This document shows positions 44,196 through 52,368 of a stretch of DNA of 64,000 nt, piece after piece. Source of the DNA: an uncultured bacterium (GTDB lineage: Bacteria > Verrucomicrobiota > Kiritimatiellia > RFP12 > UBA1067). The number at the start of each line of letters is the position of its first letter. Position 1 is the stretch's first letter. The notes under the pieces are model-generated. The model was not told the origin of the DNA. It saw only the letters and a program-made list of their open reading frames with translations, and did not search any database. The DNA lies in the NCBI GenBank assembly GCA_902799385.1, contig CADCAK010000016.1, positions 1,201-65,200 of the forward strand, written 5' to 3'. The position numbers and the translations under genes are program-made.

Positions 44196-45544
44196 CGTTC
44201 ACCGATGCGGAACGACAACTTCTCGCCCGCGACATGCTTGCCGGTAAGCGGAAAGAGCAGGAACCTCTCGGTCACAAGCGAACGCGGCATTTCCTTGCCG
44301 TCCGCGCCAAAAAGCGCATTGCCAGGCGGCAACTCGGAAAGAATGGCCATCACCGGCCTAGACGAGCCCTTCACGTTATTGAACTCCTTGAATTCGCAGT
44401 CCGCCAGGAACTCCACGTCCACCTTGTCGCCCTTCACGGCTAAGGAATAGGGCGTAGTGTCCTTCGGGAACAATATCCGCTGGGCGGGGTCGCCGTAGAA
44501 CGCGAAGGTGTCACGGTCGTAGGCAAGTCCCTTGCCGTCCTGACCGCCTTGCACGCGCCCCTGCTCCCAGAGAAGCCGCTCGTTTTCGAGGAAGCGCGCC
44601 TCGGGCAGCGAGTAGCGCCCCTGCTCGAAAAGCCCCTTGACGCCCCAGCCCATGAAGCCGTACCACGAAGGGACGGTGTAGCCCGCGAACTGCTCCACGC
44701 CTGCCGTGCGCATCCACGCGGTCGCCATGCAGGCGCGCGAGTCCACGTGCCCTATTAGGCAGTTGCCAGCGCCAATGTAGACGCGCAGCGACGCATTGGT
44801 GAGGTCGTAGCCTACCTTGCCCCCTGGCTCAATGAAGCGAAGCCCCGCTTCCGGCGTATGGACGAGCATTCCCTTGTTCTGGTTGTAGATGATCTGCCAG
44901 TTGCGCTCGCGGGCGTGTCCGCTTGTCACGAAATAGTCTACGGGAACTGTATTGAACGCATCCGCAAGTGTCTTGGCAATGCTCCCGTTCGTCGGGACCT
45001 GCTCGTTCGCGCCCCCGGGACGCTTGAGCCAGAACCTCTCTGCGGACCCTTCGTCCGACGCGAAACCTGAATCCCACGAATTGAGGATGCCCGGCCCGCC
45101 CATGCTCGAAGCCATCGAGCGTACCGTACGAGCATCAGGGGCCGAAGCGAGCCTTAGCGCGTCCTCGGCGCTATACCCTGTTACTATTCCCCATATCGCG
45201 TCGCCGCATGGGTCGTCGTCGAGTAGGCGCATGGCCTGAAAGGCCGCCGCAACGAAATTGCGCCCGACTGCTTCCGGCTTGGCGACGAAGCAGACGTATT
45301 TGGGACGGGTCTTGCGCAATTCGATGACGAGCCCCGGAAGCCCCTCTATTCCGTCGTAGCGGACCACCTGCGCCTTGTGCTTTTTCTCAAGCGCGTTGAC
45401 TACCTTGCTCCATTCTGCGTCCTCGGTTGAGGCGTCGGCGGCGACGACATACCCGTCGTACGACGGCTTGGGCAGCGACCCGCCGAAGGCCGCAATGGAA
45501 ACTGCGGCAAAGGCCGCGGCCAGCTTTCCTGTGTTCTTGACCAT
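44192..45544 (-). CDS. secreted protein, possible clan-CD (gingipain/caspase-like) fold
   Basis: Signal 'KLAAAFAAVSIAAFG'. ATGA-type overlap with the downstream gene. Strand-end 'DYFVTSGHA' and 'RVYIGAGNCLIG', about 50 aa apart, suggest a His/Cys dyad (inference). Confidence 0.3.
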   Translation of the reverse strand: MVKNTGKLAAAFAAVSIAAFGGSLPKPSYDGYVVAADASTEDAEWSKVVNALEKKHKAQVVRYDGIEGLPGLVIELRKTRPKYVCFVAKPEAVGRNFVAAAFQAMRLLDDDPCGDAIWGIVTGYSAEDALRLASAPDARTVRSMASSMGGPGILNSWDSGFASDEGSAERFWLKRPGGANEQVPTNGSIAKTLADAFNTVPVDYFVTSGHARERNWQIIYNQNKGMLVHTPEAGLRFIEPGGKVGYDLTNASLRVYIGAGNCLIGHVDSRACMATAWMRTAGVEQFAGYTVPSWYGFMGWGVKGLFEQGRYSLPEARFLENERLLWEQGRVQGGQDGKGLAYDRDTFAFYGDPAQRILFPKDTTPYSLAVKGDKVDVEFLADCEFKEFNNVKGSSRPVMAILSELPPGNALFGADGKEMPRSLVTERFLLFPLTGKHVAGEKLSFRIGER

Positions 45545-45586
45545 GATTATTACTCCATTGGCGTTTTATGCATGAAAAAGAGCTCG

Positions 45587-48500
45587 CTACGGCCTTGCGA
45601 CCTTGAGTTCGATAAGCTTCTGCCCGGCGTCGAAGTCGGTGCGCCCGACGACGCGGAACACTCCGTCCTCCCCCTTCGCCTCGATGATGGCCATCGTATG
45701 CTCGGGCAGCGTGACGACGAAATGGTCGTTCATGTCGTGAGGCTCGCTATACGTCGTGCCCTCGGCCATGACCTTTCCCGAGCCAGGCGCGACAAGGCGG
45801 AAGTCCACGGGAACCCTCGCGCCGGACGTGTCGCGGGCGACGAACGCGACGCTCGCCTGCGGGAGATTCGCGCGGAAGCGCGCATACGATGCGGTAACAT
45901 CGTCCGCCGGGATGTCGCTCGGCTTAGTCCCGCTGCGCCACGTCGGCCAGAAGAACGTTCCCGAAGGGCTGGGGCTCCACCGCGCGGCGTAGATGCGCGT
46001 CCTCGGGCTCGACGCGTCGGCCTGAGCCGCATACGGCGCGAACCACGACTTGTCGGGCGGGGCGAGCTTGTCGTCCTCGGCGTCGTTGAAGAAGTGCCAC
46101 TCGCCGTTGTCGTAGTACTCGACCCACGAGTGGTTGCCGGGGATCGGGGTCCAGTTGCAGCCGACGAAGCGGGCGGGGATGCCGCATGCGCGGTAGACGT
46201 CGATCTCGAGTATCGCGAGCCCCGTACAGGAAGCCATGTGGATTCGCATGGAGTGGAACGGCGACTGGTCGGGCTTGTCGCGCTTGGTGCTGTACCTGAC
46301 GCCGAGCATCTTCCATATCTTCGAGTTGATGAGCTGCACCGCCTCGCCAGTCGTCTTGCAGTCCTTGACAAGCGGCCAGAACCTCTCGCGGAAAAGCGGT
46401 CGCCAGTCGTCTACCTCCTCGCCGACAGACGAGTACGGAAGCACGTATTCGCGGAATATCTCGTCGGTGATCGTGTCGCGCCACGGCGCCGTCCGCCGCG
46501 CCTCGTTGGCAAGTTCGACGTTTGCGCGGAGATACGACTCGCCGACGGCGAGGCGGTCCTTGGCGGGCATGTACTTGACGAGAAACGCATAGTCGTCGTC
46601 TGCGTCGTCAGCGGGGAAGAACAGGTAGCCGCCCGTCCATGCCTGCACTGGCGGAAGCGTCACGAGCGCGTCGTCCCCCGCTCGCACAATATCGAGCGCG
46701 ACGTCTTCGGCGTCGAGCGTGGACCACACCGCCTTCTTTGCGCCAGCGGGAACTCCGCGCAGTCGAAGCCCGACTGGGCGGGTCGCGTCGATGGACGCAT
46801 TGACAAAGACAACCGAAGCGAGCGAGCCATCCTGGCGGACGCGCGGCTGGACGAACGAGCGGGTCGGCGTCTCGACGAGAACGGGCGACTTGCCGTGCGA
46901 AGCCCAGTCCGCGAGCCGGTGGAGCTGCAATACGCGGTCGCCCGAAGCGACCTTGAGTGCGCCTGAAAACGCATCGTGGCCGAACACTACGCGGCGAAGG
47001 CCGTTCTTGTTCTCGAAGACGACTGTCGCAGCCTCGCGCCAAAAGCCGTCGTTTGCGTCGCTGTAGTATCCAGACACGGCCTTGGCGCCCGGCGAGGGCT
47101 TGAGGAAGAACGCCTTGCCGGAAACGGGCGTCTCGCGCGCCTTGAAGCCGGCGTTGAGCGAATCTTCCATGAAGCGTTCGCGCAAGCTGCCAGCGACCTT
47201 TTCGCAGTCCGCTATGCCGATGTCCGCGCCGCGCCCAGCCTTGAAGAGCACTTCCGCCGCATCGCCGTCGATGAGAAGGTCTTCAGATAGAAGCGCGTCA
47301 ACCGCCTCTGCGCCGGACTTCACGGCATCCTTTGCGGCGTCTTCGGTGACGATGCGGGCGAGGGGCGAGCTTGCGCCCTTCACAAGCGGCTTTAGCGGTA
47401 GCGAGCCCGTCTGGAGCGCCGACGACGGCGACCCCGCGACGCCGTAGCCGCACCTTTCGGCGCCTTCGCTGACCTTGACGTAGCGCCTTAGCATCGCGGC
47501 GTTTCGCGCGAGCGGCGCGAGTATCTCCTCGCCGTACCACTCGGGCGTCTCAAAGCCAGCGTCGATTGCAAGCGCGGAAATCGAGTTCATGCCCTGCGAC
47601 AGCGCCTCAAGCGCCTCAAGGAACACGCCCCTTCCCGTGCGGCAGGCGAACGACCTCGGGCACGTCTCGATCTCGGGGCAGATTCGGTCTATGAAAGGCG
47701 GCGGGCCTATGGTATCGATCTGGCGGGCGAGGTAGTACGCCTTGCCGATCTGCGCGCGCGCGTCGTGGTCGAAGTACGCGCCTGCGCCCGGGCGCATGCC
47801 GACGGGAAGCCCAGTCGCTGCGTGGCACGCCTCGTAGAGCAGCCGATGCTCGGGATAGCATATCCCCGGCTGCTGCATGCACATCCGCGTCTCTGGCGAT
47901 GCGGCGTGGACGGCCTCGGCAATGGTGCGTACGAGCTCGGCCTCGCCCTTGAACGAGAACGCGCGCCACCGCGCGGCAAGCGCCGCGTCCTTTTTGGCCT
48001 CGGCGACGAGCTCCGCGCGTGAACGCTTCCTGCCCTCTTCTGCGGCGAACGCCGCTATGCAGCCGTCGCAGTGGCAGCCGAAGCCCGGCCCGCCGTGGTT
48101 GACGATGCGGATGTCGTCGTCTATCCACACCGCGTATGGCCTTATCTCCGCCGCATAGAAGGCGGCCATTTCGCGCATGTAGGCGAGGAAGTCGGGCGCA
48201 CGGAAGCAGTTGAGCGACTCGGCCGTCGAGCCATCGGCGGACACATATCTCTGCCACGTCTGGGCGGAGTTGTCGGCGTAGTGCATCAGCGAATCGCCGT
48301 GGCCTATCGTCGCCTGTATCTGGAGCGACGGCAGTATGCCGATGCGGCGCAAGTCAACGGCGGCGGACGCGAGCCTCCTGGCCGACGCGCGGTGCTCGTC
48401 CATCTTCGGAAAGCAGATTCCCGTCGAAAACCACACTTCGTCCACTCCGGCGCGGTATTTCGCGAATTCGCCGAGCGTGGCCTTCCAGACGTCGGGCCTG

Positions 48501-48811
48501 TCGGTCTGGGGCTTTCTGAGCCTTATGGCGGAGAACGGGACGTCCCCCGCCGCCGCGCAGCAGGCAAGGCTGGCGCCGACGGCGACGGATGCGTCGGCCT
48601 TGCGGTATTTGTCAATGTCGGCGTTGATCTTCGCCAGTGCCGCGTCGTTCCACGCCGCCCAGTATTTCGCGTCCATCACCGAGCGGTCGATTGCAAATTC
48701 GCCCAGCGCGACAAGCGTCGCCTGCTTCGCCTCGGCGTTTGCACCAAGCGCAAGCATGGTGAAAGCGATGGATAGCAATTTGCAAAGTTTGCAAGGTTGT
48801 GATGTTGTCAT
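45587..48811 (-). CDS. giant secreted protein: glycoside-hydrolase-like TIM-barrel region + C-terminal transglutaminase-like core
   Basis: Signal 'LLSIAFTMLALGANAEA'. 'GFGCHCDGCIAAFAAEEG' is typical of GH-like (GHL/DUF4838-type) barrels. Transglutaminase triad context 'ASCTGLAILEIDVYRACGIPARFVG', 'GNHSWVEYY', 'WHFFNDAED'. Confidence 0.5.
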   Translation of the reverse strand: MTTSQPCKLCKLLSIAFTMLALGANAEAKQATLVALGEFAIDRSVMDAKYWAAWNDAALAKINADIDKYRKADASVAVGASLACCAAAGDVPFSAIRLRKPQTDRPDVWKATLGEFAKYRAGVDEVWFSTGICFPKMDEHRASARRLASAAVDLRRIGILPSLQIQATIGHGDSLMHYADNSAQTWQRYVSADGSTAESLNCFRAPDFLAYMREMAAFYAAEIRPYAVWIDDDIRIVNHGGPGFGCHCDGCIAAFAAEEGRKRSRAELVAEAKKDAALAARWRAFSFKGEAELVRTIAEAVHAASPETRMCMQQPGICYPEHRLLYEACHAATGLPVGMRPGAGAYFDHDARAQIGKAYYLARQIDTIGPPPFIDRICPEIETCPRSFACRTGRGVFLEALEALSQGMNSISALAIDAGFETPEWYGEEILAPLARNAAMLRRYVKVSEGAERCGYGVAGSPSSALQTGSLPLKPLVKGASSPLARIVTEDAAKDAVKSGAEAVDALLSEDLLIDGDAAEVLFKAGRGADIGIADCEKVAGSLRERFMEDSLNAGFKARETPVSGKAFFLKPSPGAKAVSGYYSDANDGFWREAATVVFENKNGLRRVVFGHDAFSGALKVASGDRVLQLHRLADWASHGKSPVLVETPTRSFVQPRVRQDGSLASVVFVNASIDATRPVGLRLRGVPAGAKKAVWSTLDAEDVALDIVRAGDDALVTLPPVQAWTGGYLFFPADDADDDYAFLVKYMPAKDRLAVGESYLRANVELANEARRTAPWRDTITDEIFREYVLPYSSVGEEVDDWRPLFRERFWPLVKDCKTTGEAVQLINSKIWKMLGVRYSTKRDKPDQSPFHSMRIHMASCTGLAILEIDVYRACGIPARFVGCNWTPIPGNHSWVEYYDNGEWHFFNDAEDDKLAPPDKSWFAPYAAQADASSPRTRIYAARWSPSPSGTFFWPTWRSGTKPSDIPADDVTASYARFRANLPQASVAFVARDTSGARVPVDFRLVAPGSGKVMAEGTTYSEPHDMNDHFVVTLPEHTMAIIEAKGEDGVFRVVGRTDFDAGQKLIELKVARP

Positions 48812-48882
48812 TTTCGACTCTCTTTAGTTTCAGGGATGATTTATGCTTTGTAGTGTATTAGACCTTTGCCAACTTTGGATGT

Positions 48883-48891
48883 AGTATACCA
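48883..48891 (-). promoter_or_regulatory. extended -10-like box TGGTATACT (minus strand)
   Basis: Intergenic, about 70 nt upstream of the 48811 start. One mismatch from the family motif. Confidence 0.4.
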
Positions 48892-49027
48892 TTTTCGGTG
48901 AAACTTTGCAACGCCCTTTTCGGCAAAAAGATGTCATCTTTCAAGCAATCGAAAATGCCGCTCCGCCATTCAAATTTGCTGAATTGAAAGGCGTTTGGTG
49001 CGACAGAATAGCACCATGTCATGGGGC

Positions 49028-49468
49028 CTATGCGGCGAGGATCGTGCCCGCGCGGTAGCATTCCGCGATGTATCCGCGCGACTGATAGAACAGGTCAGAA
49101 TTGAAGCGCGAGAGCGCATCGCTCATCCAAGAGGCGTAAACCTCAAGAAGTTTGGCTATCGGATCATTGCCATCGGACACATCTTCGATAAGCCGAGCAT
49201 AGACAGCCCCGATGTCCCAATAGCCAGGCACCGTGTAACAGCAGTCGCCAACGCTGTCGAAGGTCCCCGTCGGCACCGAACACATCGTGATGAAATCGTC
49301 GGCGACCTTGGCGATCTGCTCGCAGTGGAACGTGTCGGCATAACGGTAGATTCGCCGTATGACGTCTTCGCCAAGACAGGCGACCACCTCCGCCCTACGC
49401 AGCTTCCGTTCGCGCCCGATGTATTCAATCAAGCTGCAAACGTAGAAGAGATCGTTGTATTCAACCAT
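49028..49468 (-). CDS. DUF3791-family protein
   Basis: 'LFYVCSLIEYIGRERKLRRAEVVACLGEDVIRRIYRYADTFHCEQIAKVADDF' matches my recollection of the DUF3791 pattern. An 8-nt overlap with the upstream DUF3990 gene. Confidence 0.55.
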   Translation of the reverse strand: MVEYNDLFYVCSLIEYIGRERKLRRAEVVACLGEDVIRRIYRYADTFHCEQIAKVADDFITMCSVPTGTFDSVGDCCYTVPGYWDIGAVYARLIEDVSDGNDPIAKLLEVYASWMSDALSRFNSDLFYQSRGYIAECYRAGTILAA

Positions 49469-49955
49469 CGACCACCTCCTCCGCCTTAAGGAACGAAAGA
49501 GTCTTCAGCGCACGTTCACTGCAAAAGCAAATCTGGTGCGTCGGATGCTTGAACTTCGCCAACTCCCAGAACGCCGCACGGGTGATGCGTCCATCGATGA
49601 AATCCTGAATGTAGTTGTATATGGTGTCGTTGGCCATCGGACCCTCGACGATGTCGTGCGCATGCGCAACGCCATGACGACAGGATACGACGAAGTCGAG
49701 CCATTCCTCGGACATCTGAGGGAAGACAAGAGTGTCGAGGCTTGCGTCGGGACTGTAGGCGAAATGCGACAGCCACCCGCGCCCCGAAAAACGCACAGCC
49801 CAGCGCACGGCCTGTTCGCGCAGAACAGTGCAATAGAACCCAGGTCCGAAATCCTTGGTGTAGCGGGCGGGAACAATCTGCGGCACTTCGACCACGACGC
49901 GACTACCGTGACAGACCGCACGTCTCGTTTCGCTCGTGAGATGTTCTGCTGGCAT
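49461..49955 (-). CDS. DUF3990-family protein
   Basis: 'CHGSRVVVEVPQIVPARYTKDFGPGFYCTVLREQAVRWA' matches the DUF3990 N-terminal signature (HGS ... DFGxGFYxT ... QAxxWA). GAGGA RBS. Confidence 0.55.
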   Translation of the reverse strand: MPAEHLTSETRRAVCHGSRVVVEVPQIVPARYTKDFGPGFYCTVLREQAVRWAVRFSGRGWLSHFAYSPDASLDTLVFPQMSEEWLDFVVSCRHGVAHAHDIVEGPMANDTIYNYIQDFIDGRITRAAFWELAKFKHPTHQICFCSERALKTLSFLKAEEVVDG

Positions 49956-49984
49956 GATTTCGATCCTCAGATTGTTTGCCTCAC

Positions 49985-49993
49985 ATTATACCA
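49985..49993 (-). promoter_or_regulatory. extended -10 promoter box TGGTATAAT (minus strand)
   Basis: Lies in the 52-nt gap between the FAD-GH43 stop (50008) and the DUF3990 ATG (49955). Confidence 0.6.
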
Positions 49994-50007
49994 AATCTTC
50001 GACAGCT

Positions 50008-52239
50008 TTATCTCTCGACAATGCGAAGATGCTCGCCGTCGTCCTCGAGGCCGAACAGCTTCATTCGCTCGTCAGGCGACTTGTTCGGGCGGTGCAGCGT
50101 CATCCTTAGGCGGCCCTTGAGGTCGGTGAAGATCATCGCGTGTCCGCCGTTGGAGTCAAACAGCAGCTCGTCCTTCGTCCACGGGCCAGCGATCTTGCCG
50201 GATTCCGACGAGCGCACGAACACGCAGTACCCATGGCCTTTCACCATGTTGGACCAAATCATGTAGAGCCGGCCGCTCTTAGCGGAACGGTGGAAGAACG
50301 GTCCGTCCGTGACGGAAGCGGCCCCCTCCATTGCGCTCCTGGCGTCGAGCAGGCGGACGGGCGACGCCTCGAAGGAGGCAAAGTCAGGTGAAAGCGGCGC
50401 ATACTCTATCGTTCCGTTGCCCATCTGGCACCATTCGTGGCAATAGACCATGTACGGCTTGCCGTCTTCGACATACAGCGTGCCGTCGAGAGTCTGGAAC
50501 TCCGTCGGCGGCACAGGCCCCTTCTTCACGGGGACAAACGGGCCCTCGGGCTTGTCGGCTACAAACACCCATGTTCCGCGAGGAGCAAGGTTCTTGGCGT
50601 TCACGCCCTCGCCCATCGGCGCCATAGGCCGCGTACCCTGCTTCTCGGTTATCGTCACGAACATGTAGAAGCGGTCGCCGAACTTGTGGACCTCGGGAGC
50701 CCAAACCGCTGTAGGCTCCACGTCGCCGGGCAGGACCATCGCAGGCTTCTTTGGCGTCCACGAGACGAGATCGGCGCTCGTGCGGAACGCAACGCCATTC
50801 CCGCCCGACCATGGCTTGGACTCGTAGAGCCAGTATTTGCCGCCCTCGACGAGGACAAACGGATCGCGTATGCGGAAGTCGCGCTCAAGCGACGCCTCGC
50901 CGTCGCCGAATAGGCCGAGCGCCGATGCATCGACGGCGCGGACCTCAATGCCCTTCTTCACGGCTTCGGCGGCCGCTGCGCCTGCGCCTATGCCAGTCGC
51001 CATCGCATTGCCCATGACGCGGCAGCTCGCAAGCGCCTCGTGCGAGGCGGAAATGCAGCGTCCGCAGAAGAGCAGCCCTTCGACCTTCTTCGGGACGAGC
51101 GCGCCGTACGGGATGTCGTAGGGCTTGACGCGCCTTGCGCCGCCGGTCACGGCCTTGTCATGTCCGTGGGACTGCCCCGCGCCGGCGGGGTTATGGATGT
51201 CGATTACGAAACTGCAGTTCCGCGCGACTGCGTCGGCGCGCTTGCGCCCTGAGAGGACGTCTTCGGTAGTGAGCCTGTCCACGCCCTCGAAGCGGCGCGT
51301 CTCGCGTACGCCGACGACGGCAGGCATCTCGGCGATTGCCGCGTTCTCGTAGCCCGGCAGGTGGCGGCGCATGACATCGACTATCTGCGCGGCCTGCTTG
51401 CGCGCGGCGATCTCGGCCTTGGTCCTGTCGGCTGAGCGCGAGCCGTAGAGCCCGTTGACCTGCGTTGCGTTCACGACGTTTAGATCCTTTGCGGCGCCCG
51501 GATAGAGACGTATCACGCCGACTTCGGGAGGAAGGTTGCCGGCCTTGATTTCGTCCTGGACTATGGCCTCCCACGTCTTGCCGCGAACGACGCACCTCTT
51601 CGAGCGCGCTGCTTCTTCGGAGCCGCATATAAAGCGCTTGGAGGGGTCGAACCCGCCGACGGTGAACATGACGCTCATCGGCTGGACGAGGCCGTCGCCG
51701 TCGCGCCCTTCCTCGTATGGCACTCCGGCAGCAGCCGCGACGACGCCGTTGCCCGTCGCGTCGATCACGACCTTTGCGCGGAAGACGCGCTCGCCTTCCT
51801 CGCAGTTGACGCGAAGCCCGACGACGCGCTCGCCCTCCATCACGGGACCGAGGACGTTGGAGTGGAGAAGGACTTCCGCGCCCGCCTCGGCGAGGACGTC
51901 GTACGCCTTGACGTCGGCCAGGTGGAAGTCGACGGAACCCCGGCAACCCATCCGTTCGACGAGGTCGTTCACGATGGGGCTCTTTGTGGCGATGGAGAAC
52001 GGGCTAACCATCGCCGACACAGCCATGCCGCCGAGGCGACCGCTCTTTTCGAGCACAAGCGTTTTCGCGCCGCGCTTTGCCGCCATATAGCCCGCGCCGA
52101 TTCCGGCGGGGCCGCCGCCGGCGACGATTACATCGTATGTCTCTTCCTGCGCTGGCAGGGCATCAGCCGCGACCGGCGACACGCACGCCGCTGCAAGCAG
52201 AAATGCGACGGACGATCCAAAGGCTTTTTTTGCGTTCAT
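50008..52239 (-). CDS. secreted fusion protein: FAD-dependent oxidoreductase + glycoside hydrolase family 43-like beta-propeller
   Basis: Sec leader 'AFGSSVAFLLAAACVSPVAADA'. 'YDVIVAGGGPAGIGAGYMAAKRGAKTLVLEKSGRLGGMA'. C-terminal 'FRIRDPFVLVEGGKYWLY', 'VWAPEVHKFGDRFYMFV', 'LDGTLYVEDGKPYMVY' and 'VTDGPFFH' are GH43-type blades. Confidence 0.75.
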   Translation of the reverse strand: MNAKKAFGSSVAFLLAAACVSPVAADALPAQEETYDVIVAGGGPAGIGAGYMAAKRGAKTLVLEKSGRLGGMAVSAMVSPFSIATKSPIVNDLVERMGCRGSVDFHLADVKAYDVLAEAGAEVLLHSNVLGPVMEGERVVGLRVNCEEGERVFRAKVVIDATGNGVVAAAAGVPYEEGRDGDGLVQPMSVMFTVGGFDPSKRFICGSEEAARSKRCVVRGKTWEAIVQDEIKAGNLPPEVGVIRLYPGAAKDLNVVNATQVNGLYGSRSADRTKAEIAARKQAAQIVDVMRRHLPGYENAAIAEMPAVVGVRETRRFEGVDRLTTEDVLSGRKRADAVARNCSFVIDIHNPAGAGQSHGHDKAVTGGARRVKPYDIPYGALVPKKVEGLLFCGRCISASHEALASCRVMGNAMATGIGAGAAAAEAVKKGIEVRAVDASALGLFGDGEASLERDFRIRDPFVLVEGGKYWLYESKPWSGGNGVAFRTSADLVSWTPKKPAMVLPGDVEPTAVWAPEVHKFGDRFYMFVTITEKQGTRPMAPMGEGVNAKNLAPRGTWVFVADKPEGPFVPVKKGPVPPTEFQTLDGTLYVEDGKPYMVYCHEWCQMGNGTIEYAPLSPDFASFEASPVRLLDARSAMEGAASVTDGPFFHRSAKSGRLYMIWSNMVKGHGYCVFVRSSESGKIAGPWTKDELLFDSNGGHAMIFTDLKGRLRMTLHRPNKSPDERMKLFGLEDDGEHLRIVER

Positions 52240-52245
52240 GCGACA

Positions 52246-52254
52246 ATTTTACCA
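52246..52254 (-). promoter_or_regulatory. extended -10 promoter box TGGTAAAAT (minus strand), leaderless spacing
   Basis: Six nt (52240-52245) separate the box from the ATG at 52239. Confidence 0.6.
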
Positions 52255-52339
52255 AAACGACTTTCCCACTGCAACAGTCCACCCCACTTTCGTCCCAACC
52301 GCAGGGAATCCGTTATGCATTGTGTTTCGAAATGCAATT

Positions 52340-52348
52340 TGGTATAAT
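52340..52348 (+). promoter_or_regulatory. extended -10 promoter box TGGTATAAT
   Basis: Lies 20 nt upstream of ATG 52369, with an AAGGA RBS in between. Divergent from the box at 52246. Confidence 0.6.
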
Positions 52349-52368
52349 GCCACGGTTCTTAAGGAATA

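Noticed and set aside
48858-49061. 67-aa minus-strand ORF and an 18-codon plus-strand ORF (~48931) in the AT-richer spacer upstream of the transglutaminase-like gene
   Set aside because: There is no RBS or motif. The longer ORF overlaps the DUF3791 stop region. The spacer more likely holds the promoter and leader for the 48811 gene.
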